Shown here: piece after piece, positions 19,347-29,968 of the stretch
Numbering within the stretch: the stretch's first letter is position 1
How the letters are laid out: the number at the start of each line of letters is the position of its first letter
Origin: a candidate division WWE3 bacterium GW2011_GWB1_41_6
Lineage (GTDB): Bacteria > Patescibacteriota > WWE3 > UBA101185 > UBA10185
DNA length: 64,000 nt
Assembly (NCBI GenBank): GCA_000997355.1
Contig: LCBS01000001.1
Span: 5,191 to 69,190, forward strand
Direction of reading: 5' to 3'
Notes under the pieces: generated by a model
The model's database searches: none
Told to the model about the DNA's origin: nothing
Seen by the model: the letters and a program-made list of their open reading frames with translations, nothing else
Made by a program: the position numbers and the translations under genes

Positions 19347-21146
19347 ATGAAAATAATTAAACGCAAGGATGCATCGCAACCAGTATCAGATATTCCCGCT
19401 GCAGATACCTCTATTTCTGAAGAAACCCCTATCTCAACGATTGCCGGTATTGCTGAGGACATAACATCAAAACCTCCTGATCTAAAAGAAGTTCTTATAA
19501 AAGGAAGTTACCTCACGGAAGAAGATATCAAAAAAGCCGAGCAAAACGCGGCAGGACGCGACCGTCCTTTGGAAGAGCATCTGCTATCGGAAGGTCTGAT
19601 CACAAGAGAACTATTGAGCCAGGCTATGGCTGAAGCGTATGGAGTTCCTTACGCAGATATCGCAGCCAAGACTCCATCCGCCGAAATGGTAACGCGCATT
19701 CCCGAGGAAACTGCCAGACAGTTCCATGTGGTGTTATATAAGGAAGAGGACGCACATATCACAGTGGCGACGGATAATCCCAAACAACAAGAACTGATAA
19801 ATAAAATGAACGTACTATTTCCCGGAAAGAGTGTTGATTTTGCTTATGCATCTGAAACGGATATCGAAAGCTTGTACATACATTACCGCAAGCCTCTGGA
19901 AACAAGGTTTGCCGAAATTATAAAATCCGGGAACAAGATCGCCCCTGAGATCATAAAGGAAATTTTTAAGGACGCGCTGTCTTTCCACGCTTCGGATATC
20001 CATTTTGAACCGCACACGGCTGAAGTTGCCATCAGATTTAGAGTTGACGGAGTGCTTCACGAAGCAGGAACGTTACCAAAGGATCTGTATGAAAATATTT
20101 TGAATAGAGTAAAGGTGGAATCTCATCTCAGGATTGACGAACACTTGTCTCCTCAAGACGGGGCGATGAGATTTGATGCGAGTGAAAGTATCGTGGACAT
20201 GAGAGTCTCTATCATTCCTACTTTAAGCGGAGAAAAGATCGCTATACGGTTACTCGCTGAATATATTAAGGGCTTTACTTTATCAGATATTGGACTGTCC
20301 CCTGCCAATCAGAATATCCTTGCGAATGCGGCAAAAAAACCGTTCGGAATGATACTTGTAACGGGACCTACAGGTTCCGGAAAAACCACAACTTTATATG
20401 CATTGTTAAAAATGGTTCACAGACCTGAAGTCAACATCACAACAATCGAGGACCCGGTCGAATACAGGATCGAAGGAGTTAACCAAATCCAGGTAAACGA
20501 AGGAACGAACCTAAACTTTGCCAGGGGCTTGCGTTCTATCGTGCGTCAGGACCCTAACATTATTCTTGTCGGCGAAATAAGAGACACCGACACTGCAGAG
20601 ATAGCAGTCAACGCCGCGTTGACAGGACATTTGCTTTTATCAACTTTTCATGCAAATGACGCGGCAACCTCGATTCCCCGTTTGCTGGAAATGGGAGTTG
20701 AGCCGTTCTTGCTTGCATCAACACTTGAGGTAGTGATCGCCCAAAGACTTGTGAGAAAATTGTGCGAGAATTGTAGATATAGCACATCTATAAGCAAAAC
20801 AGAGTTTTCCGGAACTTACCCCAAAGCCACGTCTTATCTAAAAGAAAATGAGATTACCTTATATAAAGCTAAAGGCTGCACTTCCTGCAGTTTCACGGGA
20901 TTTAAAGGACGCACCGGTGTATTCGAATTTATTGACGTCACGCCTGAGATAGAACAGCTCATACTAAGCAATCCTTCTGCTCAGCAGATACGGGAAATGG
21001 CTGAAAAAGAAGGTAATGTGTCACTGTTCGAAGATGGTATGGAAAAAGTGAAAAGCGGCATAACAACAATTGATGAACTCTTACGTGTGGCAGCTCCTCC
21101 TGAAAAATATGAAAAACCGAAAACCAGAAGAAAAAACTCCCAATAA
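19347..21146 (+). CDS. pilB: type IV pilus assembly ATPase PilB/GspE
   Basis: GspE_N region, Walker A GPTGSGKTTT, Asp box, tetracysteine CENC ... CTSC. Confidence 0.85.
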   Translation: MKIIKRKDASQPVSDIPAADTSISEETPISTIAGIAEDITSKPPDLKEVLIKGSYLTEEDIKKAEQNAAGRDRPLEEHLLSEGLITRELLSQAMAEAYGVPYADIAAKTPSAEMVTRIPEETARQFHVVLYKEEDAHITVATDNPKQQELINKMNVLFPGKSVDFAYASETDIESLYIHYRKPLETRFAEIIKSGNKIAPEIIKEIFKDALSFHASDIHFEPHTAEVAIRFRVDGVLHEAGTLPKDLYENILNRVKVESHLRIDEHLSPQDGAMRFDASESIVDMRVSIIPTLSGEKIAIRLLAEYIKGFTLSDIGLSPANQNILANAAKKPFGMILVTGPTGSGKTTTLYALLKMVHRPEVNITTIEDPVEYRIEGVNQIQVNEGTNLNFARGLRSIVRQDPNIILVGEIRDTDTAEIAVNAALTGHLLLSTFHANDAATSIPRLLEMGVEPFLLASTLEVVIAQRLVRKLCENCRYSTSISKTEFSGTYPKATSYLKENEITLYKAKGCTSCSFTGFKGRTGVFEFIDVTPEIEQLILSNPSAQQIREMAEKEGNVSLFEDGMEKVKSGITTIDELLRVAAPPEKYEKPKTRRKNSQ

Positions 21147-21150
21147 CACG

Positions 21151-22557
21151 ATGAAGGTCGGATTCTTCCTTGCTTTAAGTACTAAAAAGGAAAAAGGATC
21201 ATTCATCGAAAACCTTGCTATGCTCCTTACTTCAGGCATAGACCTTGTATCCGCTTTTGACACTATTGCTACGGAAACAAGATCAGCCGGTATGAAAAAG
21301 GTCGTTAATTTTATGAAGGAGGAGATCGAAGGTGGGTCTTCACTATCCAACGCCATGGACGCATCCCGCATCTTTTCCCCGCATATAATCTCACTTGTCC
21401 AGCTTGGCGAGCAATCCGGAAAATTGATCGAGAACCTTAACGCAATCGTCACTCAACAGCAAAAAGAGCAAGCTTTAAAAGCAAAGATCAGCTCGGCAAT
21501 GATGTACCCGGTATTTGTGCTGGGGCTTATGGTCGTAGTTTCGATAGGCATAGCGTGGTTCATACTTCCACGCTTATCTTCCGTTTTTAAGTCAGTCAAT
21601 AAGAAACTTCCTATCGTAACCAGAATTCTAATAGAAACAGGAAATTTCTTAGGAGAATACGGATATATAGTTATACCTGCTCTTCTTATTGCAATGACAC
21701 TACTTGTATATTTTGTTTTTATTTACCGCCGGACTAAATTCGTCGGGCAGTTCATTTTTCTGAATACTCCTATTATTAAAAGGCTTGTTCAGGAAGTGGA
21801 GATATCAAAATTCGGATATATTTTGGGAAATTTAATGTCCGCCGGATTGCCTGTTGTTACCTCACTTAGATCTCTGGCAGACATAACTTCAATAAATAGA
21901 TATAAAAGATTTTATTCATTCCTTGCCGATAAAGTTTCGGAGGGAAATTCGTTCCACAAGAGCTTTACTACATACAAAAATACTTCACAGATATTTCCCC
22001 TTCAAGTGCAGCAAATTCTATTTGCCTCGGAAAAATCGGGAAGACTTTCTGAAAGTCTTGTGAATATAGGAGAAAAATACGAGGAAAAGACTGAAAGTAC
22101 TTCAAAGAACCTCACCACACTGCTAGAACCTCTGTTGCTTGTAATAGTATGGTTCGGAGTTGGAACGGTTGCGCTTGCCGTTATCCTACCAATTTACAGT
22201 CTGGTAGGAAATCTTGGCGATACCCCTGATACCCAACCACCGGCTGCAAAAACCCGTGTGGTAAAAACCGCCGACCCATCCGTGGAAGTTCCGGAATCAA
22301 CTGAGTCTTCCGCAACGGAAGATGGCGTGGAAGTTCTCTTAACGGGAGACGATATAGTGGAGATATTGCCTACAGGCGTGGACTATCTAAACGTGAGAAA
22401 AGAACCATCAACAGGGGCGGAGATCCTTACCAGAGTAAAACCCGGAGAACGGTACAAGTATTTGGAAGAAATTACCGGCTGGACAAGGATCGAGCTTCCT
22501 GAGAACGGATCCGGCTGGGTATCAGCAAACTATGTGCGTAAATCAGATCAAGATTAA
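21151..22557 (+). CDS. pilC: type IV pilus platform protein PilC/GspF with C-terminal SH3b domain
   Basis: Two GspF repeats with 3 TM helices. After a P/T-rich linker: LNVRKEPSTGAEIL ... GWTRIEL ... GWVSANYV (bacterial SH3). Confidence 0.8.
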   Translation: MKVGFFLALSTKKEKGSFIENLAMLLTSGIDLVSAFDTIATETRSAGMKKVVNFMKEEIEGGSSLSNAMDASRIFSPHIISLVQLGEQSGKLIENLNAIVTQQQKEQALKAKISSAMMYPVFVLGLMVVVSIGIAWFILPRLSSVFKSVNKKLPIVTRILIETGNFLGEYGYIVIPALLIAMTLLVYFVFIYRRTKFVGQFIFLNTPIIKRLVQEVEISKFGYILGNLMSAGLPVVTSLRSLADITSINRYKRFYSFLADKVSEGNSFHKSFTTYKNTSQIFPLQVQQILFASEKSGRLSESLVNIGEKYEEKTESTSKNLTTLLEPLLLVIVWFGVGTVALAVILPIYSLVGNLGDTPDTQPPAAKTRVVKTADPSVEVPESTESSATEDGVEVLLTGDDIVEILPTGVDYLNVRKEPSTGAEILTRVKPGERYKYLEEITGWTRIELPENGSGWVSANYVRKSDQD

Positions 22558-22558
22558 A

Positions 22559-22996
22559 ATGCCGATAAAACCTAAAGGCTTCACCTTAATAGAAGTATTG
22601 TTATCTGTTGCTTTGATTGCGGTCTTGTTTGGTATATCTATACCTGTATTTAGCCCTGCATTATTAAAGAACGACCTTGAATCCTCGGCTGATCTTACAG
22701 TTCAGAGCCTAAGACGCGCACAGGTGTTATCACAGGCAGTGCAAAATGACTCACAATGGGGTATTAAGGTCCAAAACTACGGCGTTGTACTTTTCCGGGG
22801 TAATTCTTTTTCAGATCGTGATACTGCTTTTGACGAATTCACGGATTTTCCTACGAACATAGATATTAACGATACGGATGAGTTCGTTTTTGAAAAACTA
22901 ACGGGTAGAACGACCGGTCCGGGAAACATAACTCTGACGCTTAAGGAATATTCAAAAATTATAAGTGTAAATAGTATGGGGGCAGTAGAATATTGA
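22559..22996 (+). CDS. prepilin-type N-terminal domain protein (minor pilin)
   Basis: KGFTLIEVLLSVALIAV class III signal. Confidence 0.6.
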   Translation: MPIKPKGFTLIEVLLSVALIAVLFGISIPVFSPALLKNDLESSADLTVQSLRRAQVLSQAVQNDSQWGIKVQNYGVVLFRGNSFSDRDTAFDEFTDFPTNIDINDTDEFVFEKLTGRTTGPGNITLTLKEYSKIISVNSMGAVEY

Positions 22997-23622
22997 TGAA
23001 CAAAAGCGGCATAAATAGAAAAACGCATACTCAGGGGTTTTCGCTTGTTGAAATAATATTGGCAGTATCGATCCTGGCAATGAGTATTACTTTTACGGTC
23101 GGGGCAGTAATATTTGGGCAACAAAGTATGGCAATAGCGGCATCAAGAAACCGAGCTGTATTTATTGCTGAAGAAGGACTTGAAGCAGTCAGGAACATCC
23201 GCAATCGTAACTTTTCCAACCTTTCTTCCGGTACCTATGACGTTCAAATTAATAACAACCGGTGGCAACTTACAACCCCCGGAACACAAACCGATGGTTT
23301 CGCGCGCACTATAACCATAGATGACATAGACTCAGACAGGAAAAAGGTCACATCCGAAGTAGAGTGGCCACAAACACTGCAACGGACGGGCAAAGTCACC
23401 TTAGTCACCTATCTGACCAATAACCAGGATTCCACCGGCGATATAACTCCGGAACCGGCAAGTACTTGTGCGCAGTATTGCCAATCTATAGGCACTTATT
23501 CAACGGGAACATGCAGAGCTAATACTAACCAGTGCAGACAAAATACCGAAAAATACGAACCCGGAGGCGACACATTTTGTACCGGAGGACCATCAGCCGA
23601 CACGTGCTGCTGCAAACCATGA
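22996..23622 (+). CDS. prepilin-type pilin with Cys-rich C-terminus
   Basis: QGFSLVEIILAVSILA; 9 Cys in the last 60 aa. Confidence 0.6.
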   Translation: MNKSGINRKTHTQGFSLVEIILAVSILAMSITFTVGAVIFGQQSMAIAASRNRAVFIAEEGLEAVRNIRNRNFSNLSSGTYDVQINNNRWQLTTPGTQTDGFARTITIDDIDSDRKKVTSEVEWPQTLQRTGKVTLVTYLTNNQDSTGDITPEPASTCAQYCQSIGTYSTGTCRANTNQCRQNTEKYEPGGDTFCTGGPSADTCCCKP

Positions 23623-24146
23623 TAAGTTTAAATAGAAAAGTGAATAAGAGAACCGCAGGATTCACCATGGTGGAACTCATATTATATGTTGCAACTTTGG
23701 CTCTGCTGTTATCATCAATTTTCTCGGTTTACCAATTATACTTGCGCTCACAGATCAAAAACAACGTGATCCAGGAAGTTGAGCAGCAAGGCGCGCAGGT
23801 AATGCAGGTTTTAACTCAAACCATCAGGAACTCGGAAAATGTTAACAGCCCTAATGCGGAAAACAGTTCCGATACTTTAAGTTTAAATGTGGTGGATACT
23901 GCCAAGGACCCTACTGTAATTTCGGTGTCGGATGGAACGATATATATAAAAGAGGGCACGGAAGCACCTGTTGCGCTAACATCTCCAAAAATAAACGCGG
24001 GGAGTGTAATGTTCAGCAACTTATCCACAGGTTCCGAATACTCCGTTATAACTATCACTTATACATTAAACTTTAATTCCAATTCCGACAGAAATGAGTA
24101 TAACTTTGAAAGAAATTTTTACGGGAGTGCCGGTCTCAGGCACTGA
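23619..24146 (+). CDS. prepilin-type pilin
   Basis: AGFTMVELILYVATLALL after the internal ATG; ATGA overlap with the upstream stop. Confidence 0.55.
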   Translation: MISLNRKVNKRTAGFTMVELILYVATLALLLSSIFSVYQLYLRSQIKNNVIQEVEQQGAQVMQVLTQTIRNSENVNSPNAENSSDTLSLNVVDTAKDPTVISVSDGTIYIKEGTEAPVALTSPKINAGSVMFSNLSTGSEYSVITITYTLNFNSNSDRNEYNFERNFYGSAGLRH

Positions 24147-24152
24147 GAAATT

Positions 24153-24578
24153 ATGAAAGTTACAGGTGTTAAATATATATTTAAACAAAAAGGGCACATC
24201 ACGCTAATCGCCGTAATAACAGTTACAGCTCTGGGATCAGCTATTGCTCTATCTTTACTAATGTTAGGTCTGGGATATTCTAAGAATAGTTATGTCCTGG
24301 AACGGTCTTACCAGGCAAAAGCATTAGCTGACGCCTGTGCGGAAGAAGCTTTGCAAAAAATAAATGATTCCACAAGCTACGAGGGAAGCGGAAATCTAGC
24401 TGAGGGTAACGGTTCATGTACTTATACCGTTATCAAAGGAACAGGGCAAAACCGGGAAATAACTACCCGGGCAACCGTGAGCGATGCTATTGGTGAGGTC
24501 ACAAGAAAAGTGAACGTACGTGTGGACCAAACCAACCCACGCATAAATATTGCCGGCTGGGAAGAAACAGCAGATTGA
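24153..24578 (+). CDS. pilin-like protein (PilX-like, degenerate signal)
   Basis: KGHITLIAVITVTALG hydrophobic N-terminus without the Glu5. Confidence 0.4.
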   Translation: MKVTGVKYIFKQKGHITLIAVITVTALGSAIALSLLMLGLGYSKNSYVLERSYQAKALADACAEEALQKINDSTSYEGSGNLAEGNGSCTYTVIKGTGQNREITTRATVSDAIGEVTRKVNVRVDQTNPRINIAGWEETAD

Positions 24579-24628
24579 AACTTAAGAAGCTCTTGTAATA
24601 AATACTGCTATGATAATATAATCTATCT

Positions 24629-25084
24629 ATGATAAAACCCTGCCTAAATCATAAACATTCCCAAGGATTCACATTACTGGAAATACTACTGGTTGTGGCA
24701 GCTATCGGGATATTGGCCGGTATTGTCATTGTTGCCGTAAACCCCGCAAAACAACTTGGACAGACAAAAAATGCTCAAAGGAAAAGTGACGTGAATACTA
24801 TATTAAACGCTGTTTACCAATATACGCTCGATAATAACGGCAACCTTCCACCAACCATCACTTCTACATCTACGGAAATCTGCAACACGGGAGGTACTTG
24901 CACAGGACTGATAGATCTTAGTGTACTTACTACGGACGAAGAGTATTTGGTCGCAATACCAAGAGACCCCAGCGCAGCAACTGTTGACGGTTCAGGATAC
25001 TATGTCCACCAATCAGCAAACGGGAGGATCACGGTATCCGCACCTAATGCTGAACTTGAAGAAATCATTTCCGTAACCCGTTAA
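24629..25084 (+). CDS. type IV pilin (probable major pilin)
   Basis: QGFTLLEILLVVAAIGILAGIV; last gene of the pilin run. Confidence 0.6.
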   Translation: MIKPCLNHKHSQGFTLLEILLVVAAIGILAGIVIVAVNPAKQLGQTKNAQRKSDVNTILNAVYQYTLDNNGNLPPTITSTSTEICNTGGTCTGLIDLSVLTTDEEYLVAIPRDPSAATVDGSGYYVHQSANGRITVSAPNAELEEIISVTR

Positions 25085-25136
25085 TACCGTCAAAGCCGGT
25101 TATTCTTTTTGTTTACCCATAACATTGATATAATTC

Positions 25137-25520
25137 TTGCATATGCCGGATACGACAAAAAAAATATTGATAGTTGAAGACGAAAAACCATTAGCAAAAG
25201 CCTTAGTACTTAAACTTACCAACTCAGGTTATCAGGCAAAAGCCGTTTATGACGGGGGTGAGGCTCTGGAAATTTTAAAACAGGAACATTTCGATCTAAT
25301 AATTCTTGATCTTATGATGCCCAAAAAAGACGGTTTTGCGGTTTTAAAGGAACTTCAGCCGCTAAGACTTAATACTAAGATCGTAGTAACTTCCAATCTC
25401 AGCCAGGAGGAGGATTTCAAAAAAGCCAAAGAGCTTGGAGCTACCGAGTTCTTTATTAAATCCGAGATCACCCTGGCGGAAATAGTACAGAATGTGAATA
25501 AGTTCCTAAACACTGCCTAA
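25137..25520 (+). CDS. response-regulator receiver domain (stand-alone)
   Basis: DE pair, phospho-accepting D (LIILDLMMP), T and K in place. Confidence 0.75.
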   Translation: MHMPDTTKKILIVEDEKPLAKALVLKLTNSGYQAKAVYDGGEALEILKQEHFDLIILDLMMPKKDGFAVLKELQPLRLNTKIVVTSNLSQEEDFKKAKELGATEFFIKSEITLAEIVQNVNKFLNTA

Positions 25521-27850
25521 TGAAGATATCCACAAAAATCACACTGACCATTTTCTGGGGTGCGCTGATCACCATTGTCAGCATCATATTCTTTGTTTAT
25601 ACCTCAACCCGCAGTTCATTGGAGGAAATAATCGGATTCCAGCAGTTGGAATTAAGTAAACAAAAGATTAACGAGGTCACGTTATTCTTAAGTCAGAGGA
25701 ACGGTGATATCCAGGTATTTACCACGTTCGACAGGGTACGCAATGCCGCGATAACCCGGACTTATACAGGATTGGCGGAGGAACCGGCTCTATTGGAAGC
25801 ACGAAAAAGTCTTGTCGATGCAGCCAACATTTACGGGGAATGGAAACTCCTTCATCTTTTTGACCGCACCGGCAACATCATAACTACGACCGGAACCGGT
25901 GCATCCATACAGAACATTTCTACAATGGATCAAACTTATATAGACCAGTTTAACGAAACAGTAAAAGGAAACGTCACACACTCCGAAGCGTTCTATTCCA
26001 AAGAACTTGATCAGACAACAATGGTTTTCATGGCACCTGTAAGAACTTCCATTCCTGATGGTGAAGTGGTGGGAGTGGTTGCAGGTTACATTGACTGGGA
26101 AGCGATAATGGGACTCCTTTCTGATGTTACAGAATTCTTCACTCACATATACGACAGCACGGGAACAATGATCGCTACGAACACCTCCCAGCATACCAAA
26201 ACCCTTCTCCAGGCAAACTACTCGGACTATCCCGCGATAAAATCAGCCATGTCCGGAGAGGCAAGCTCTCAAGTAATGAAAAGTATCAGCGGTGATTATT
26301 TCTCAGTGGTGTCTTATATGCCTCAAACGGAGTACAACAATTATAAAGGCAATGGCTGGATACTAATTATGGATGTTCCGGTGACGGTTGCATATACCGC
26401 GGCCTATAAAACTGCGGCCAAAATTGCTGCTGTTGCTGTTCCTACGATACTTGCAACTTCTTTTGCGATTTTGTTCCTAATCTCAACACTACTTTATAAA
26501 CCTATGAGAACACTACTGGAAGCAGTTACAGCAATTTCTCAGGGTGACCTCACACGCCAGATAAAAGTCCGCTCAAAAGATGAGATCGGAGTTTTAGCCG
26601 GAGCGTTTAACAACATGACCACACAGCTACGTGAGATATGGCACACTCTTGAGCAGAAAGTTACGGAACGTACAGCCGCACTTGCCAACACACTTCATGA
26701 CGTTGAGGAACGGAATAACTGGCTGGAAGAAGCAAAGAAAAAAGATGAGGCTTTGTTGGAAAGTATCGGTGATGGTGTTATTGCAACGGATGAATCAGGA
26801 AAAGTTCTTGTTATAAACAAAGCTGCGCAGGAACAACTTGGATGGAAGGCAGATGAGATCGTCGGTAAGTCAGTCGTAAATTCTATACCGCTTGAAGATG
26901 AAAACGGAAAACTTGTTTCTCCTCAAGACAGGCCGATCCATAAAGCTCTCAAGTATGGGAAAAAGATCACAAATACCGGATTAGGGGCTGATGCTCTCTA
27001 TTATATAAGAAGAGACAGAACCAAGTTCCCTATTATGCTATCTGCAAGCCCGGTTATCTTAAATAAGAAGATATTCGGTACGATTATTGTTTTCCGCGAT
27101 GTGACAAAAGAAAAAGAAATTGACCGCATGAAGTCGGAATTCATTTCTCTGGCTTCCCATCAGTTACGCACTCCTCTATCAACCGTCAATTGGTATACGG
27201 AAATATTACTCGAGGGTGATGCCGGACATTTGACGGACGATCAGAAAAAATATCTGGATGAGATATATAAAGCAAACAGAAGAATGGTAGACCTTGTTAA
27301 TGCTCTATTGAACGTATCACGTATAGAAATGGGGACTTTCTTGATCGAACCGAAACCTACCTTCCTACCCGAGATTAGCAAGAACGTTATCGCTGAGGTT
27401 CAACCTCAGATAAACATGAAAAAACTGAAAGTCGAAGAGAAGTACGATCCGAACATTCCAGTTATCCAGGCAGACCCCAGGATAACTACGATCATATTCC
27501 AAAATCTGATAACCAACGCCGTAAAATACACGTCTGACGGTGGAAATATCACAATAGAAGTTTCAATGCAACCTGAAGAAAATTCCGTTCTTATCAAAGT
27601 ATCGGATACCGGTTACGGCATACCTCAGCACCAACAGGATAGGATATTCACAAAGTTGTTTAGAGCAGATAATGTCACTCAAAAAGAAACTGAAGGTACC
27701 GGACTTGGCCTGTACATAATAAAAAATATCCTCGAGTATACAGGCGGGAGTATCTGGTTCGAATCTGAAGAAAACAAAGGTACAACGTTCTTCGTTACCA
27801 TGCCTGTACAAGGCATGCAGAAAAAGGAAGGTTCGAAAGCACTAAGCTAG
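25520..27850 (+). CDS. sensor histidine kinase (Cache-like periplasmic domain, HAMP, PAS, HisKA, HATPase)
   Basis: Two TM helices flank a ~280-aa sensor; H-box EFISLASHQLRTPL; G-boxes GTGLGLYI. Confidence 0.8.
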   Translation: MKISTKITLTIFWGALITIVSIIFFVYTSTRSSLEEIIGFQQLELSKQKINEVTLFLSQRNGDIQVFTTFDRVRNAAITRTYTGLAEEPALLEARKSLVDAANIYGEWKLLHLFDRTGNIITTTGTGASIQNISTMDQTYIDQFNETVKGNVTHSEAFYSKELDQTTMVFMAPVRTSIPDGEVVGVVAGYIDWEAIMGLLSDVTEFFTHIYDSTGTMIATNTSQHTKTLLQANYSDYPAIKSAMSGEASSQVMKSISGDYFSVVSYMPQTEYNNYKGNGWILIMDVPVTVAYTAAYKTAAKIAAVAVPTILATSFAILFLISTLLYKPMRTLLEAVTAISQGDLTRQIKVRSKDEIGVLAGAFNNMTTQLREIWHTLEQKVTERTAALANTLHDVEERNNWLEEAKKKDEALLESIGDGVIATDESGKVLVINKAAQEQLGWKADEIVGKSVVNSIPLEDENGKLVSPQDRPIHKALKYGKKITNTGLGADALYYIRRDRTKFPIMLSASPVILNKKIFGTIIVFRDVTKEKEIDRMKSEFISLASHQLRTPLSTVNWYTEILLEGDAGHLTDDQKKYLDEIYKANRRMVDLVNALLNVSRIEMGTFLIEPKPTFLPEISKNVIAEVQPQINMKKLKVEEKYDPNIPVIQADPRITTIIFQNLITNAVKYTSDGGNITIEVSMQPEENSVLIKVSDTGYGIPQHQQDRIFTKLFRADNVTQKETEGTGLGLYIIKNILEYTGGSIWFESEENKGTTFFVTMPVQGMQKKEGSKALS

Positions 27851-27891
27851 GTTTGTTGTTAAAATAACTTTATAGAGATAAATTAATAGCT

Positions 27892-28299
27892 ATGAACCAC
27901 ATCACAAAACAAAGAACAATACTCGCAATAGAAGATGAGAAACCACTACTGGATGCTATAAGAATCAGGCTTGAGAATATGGGTTTTAGAGCATTAACTG
28001 CACGTTCTATCGAGGAAGCAATTGGAAAATTACAAAGCGGTGAACGGGTAGATGCCATATGGCTGGACCACTACCTGATAGGGCAAGAGAACGGCCTGGA
28101 TCTGGTAGTAAAAATAAAAAGTACAGAAGACTGGAAAAATATTCCGGTATTCGTTGTCTCAAATACGGCAACAAATGAAAAGGTTCAGGCATATCTACAA
28201 TTAGGTATCCAAAAATATTACGTAAAATCCAACTTTAGGATGGAGGAAATTATAAAGGATATTGCTGGTTATTTGGAAAACCCGGAGGTTAGTGCCTGA
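27892..28299 (+). CDS. receiver-domain protein (stand-alone)
   Basis: ILAIEDEKPLL ... AIWLDHYL ... K. Confidence 0.65.
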   Translation: MNHITKQRTILAIEDEKPLLDAIRIRLENMGFRALTARSIEEAIGKLQSGERVDAIWLDHYLIGQENGLDLVVKIKSTEDWKNIPVFVVSNTATNEKVQAYLQLGIQKYYVKSNFRMEEIIKDIAGYLENPEVSA

Positions 28300-28308
28300 G
28301 CTCAGTTC

Positions 28309-28713
28309 CTAAACTGCCAATTCATCTTCGGTCCGGATATTGAGAGCATTTTTGATCTTATCCACTAGCTCACTTACTTTCCAGTCGGTTTTCGTTAAAA
28401 AGTCTCTTACCCCGCTCTCCTCCGCAGCCACCACGGTTTCACCTGAACTTAGGTTTGTGAGAACGATTACGGGAACAGACTGCCCCCACTCATCTTTACG
28501 CAATTGCTTCAACATGGTAATCCCATCCATCTGAGGGATAATTATATCTAAAAGTATAAGGTCGGGATGTTTTTCGAGCGCAATCTGTAGCGCATCCTTT
28601 CCGTTATCGGCAAGGGTGGTATCAAATCCTTCGAACTGAAGTTTTGATGATAGCAGCTCTAACAGGGGTTTCTCATCTTCGATTATAAGTATGGTTTTTC
28701 CAAGTTTTTTCAT
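28309..28713 (-). CDS. response-regulator receiver domain (stand-alone)
   Basis: ILIIEDEKPLLELL ... LILLDIIIPQMDG. Confidence 0.75.
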   Translation of the reverse strand: MKKLGKTILIIEDEKPLLELLSSKLQFEGFDTTLADNGKDALQIALEKHPDLILLDIIIPQMDGITMLKQLRKDEWGQSVPVIVLTNLSSGETVVAAEESGVRDFLTKTDWKVSELVDKIKNALNIRTEDELAV

Positions 28714-28832
28714 ATATCACAATAATATACGAACTCCATAATTTAGTAAATAAAATAAACGATAAAAAAAGTATTTACAAAATAGGGTGAACTAGCGCAT
28801 ACTTTTTTAAGTACCGATTTTTTATAAACACT

Positions 28833-29924
28833 ATGAACAAAAAAATATATATACTGCCGCCTTTACTTACTTTATTTTCCCTCGCTTTATTTATTCCAAA
28901 AGCCTCAGCAGACTTTATAATCACATCTCAAGGTGACGTTATTTATACATCCCAAGGTGAGGTACTCGGAAAAGACGATGCCAAGAACGTTAAACCGCAG
29001 GTAAGTCAAGGCAACAGCGCAGCTTCAACCGGAAAAGCTCCTAAGATTACTAAGATCGAAAGGAACGGAACGAAAGTTAAAATGACAATCCAGGATGAGG
29101 ATGGAATTGAACTTGAAGTAATGGAAAGTGAAGATAGTGCAAATATTACGATAGAGGAATCAAATAGAAAAAACGATGTTAAGGTTAAATCACTTGGTAA
29201 TTCTTACGCGATAATTCAAAATAAAACTGCTGTTCAAACCAGATTCCCTCTTTCAGTAGATCTTGAGACGAACGAACTCCTCGTGAACACACCTGCCGGT
29301 CAAAAGACCGTTTCAGTTATGCCCGATAAAGCTGTACAGAATATGCTCGCTGCCAATGTTCTGGACCAGGTCGGGGGCAAAGGCGGTTTATCCTGGGTTA
29401 ACCGTTTGATGGTTCAAACCCAAGAAACTTCTTCATCAAGCGAATCTCCGGAAATGACCAGATTGAGGTTAAGAACAAGGATAGAGGAAACCAGCGGTTC
29501 TATAATTCCATTTGGCGCAACACCTTTGAATATGGACCACTGCAAAAACTACGGATGGGTGACGTTTACGGCACCTGAGTTCAAGAACCAGGGACAGTGC
29601 GTAAGCTACGTAGTTACAGGTGGCAAGAACTGGGAGAATGCTGAACCCGAAGTAGAACTCGCCGATGCCGCTGAATCCAGCGAATCAAGTGAAACAAGTG
29701 TATCCGAAAATCTTGAACCATTAGCAAGTGAGGAATTCATCTCCTTAACAACAACTAAAAACGGCAAACTCGGTTATAAGATACCGGGAGTCAAATATGA
29801 AAAGTTCTTATGGGTCTATGAAGTACCGTTAGAAAGAAACGTTACGGTGTCAGCAGAGACCGGAGAACTCTTGGAAATGGAACAATCATTCACAACGAAC
29901 ATCGTAGATGCCCTGTCTTTTTAG
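28833..29924 (+). CDS. secreted hypothetical protein
   Basis: Signal peptide; no motif. Confidence 0.45.
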   Translation: MNKKIYILPPLLTLFSLALFIPKASADFIITSQGDVIYTSQGEVLGKDDAKNVKPQVSQGNSAASTGKAPKITKIERNGTKVKMTIQDEDGIELEVMESEDSANITIEESNRKNDVKVKSLGNSYAIIQNKTAVQTRFPLSVDLETNELLVNTPAGQKTVSVMPDKAVQNMLAANVLDQVGGKGGLSWVNRLMVQTQETSSSSESPEMTRLRLRTRIEETSGSIIPFGATPLNMDHCKNYGWVTFTAPEFKNQGQCVSYVVTGGKNWENAEPEVELADAAESSESSETSVSENLEPLASEEFISLTTTKNGKLGYKIPGVKYEKFLWVYEVPLERNVTVSAETGELLEMEQSFTTNIVDALSF

Positions 29925-29968
29925 AAGTAATTGACGTGACAGAGTAATCATAAAGGAGGTGAGTACTT

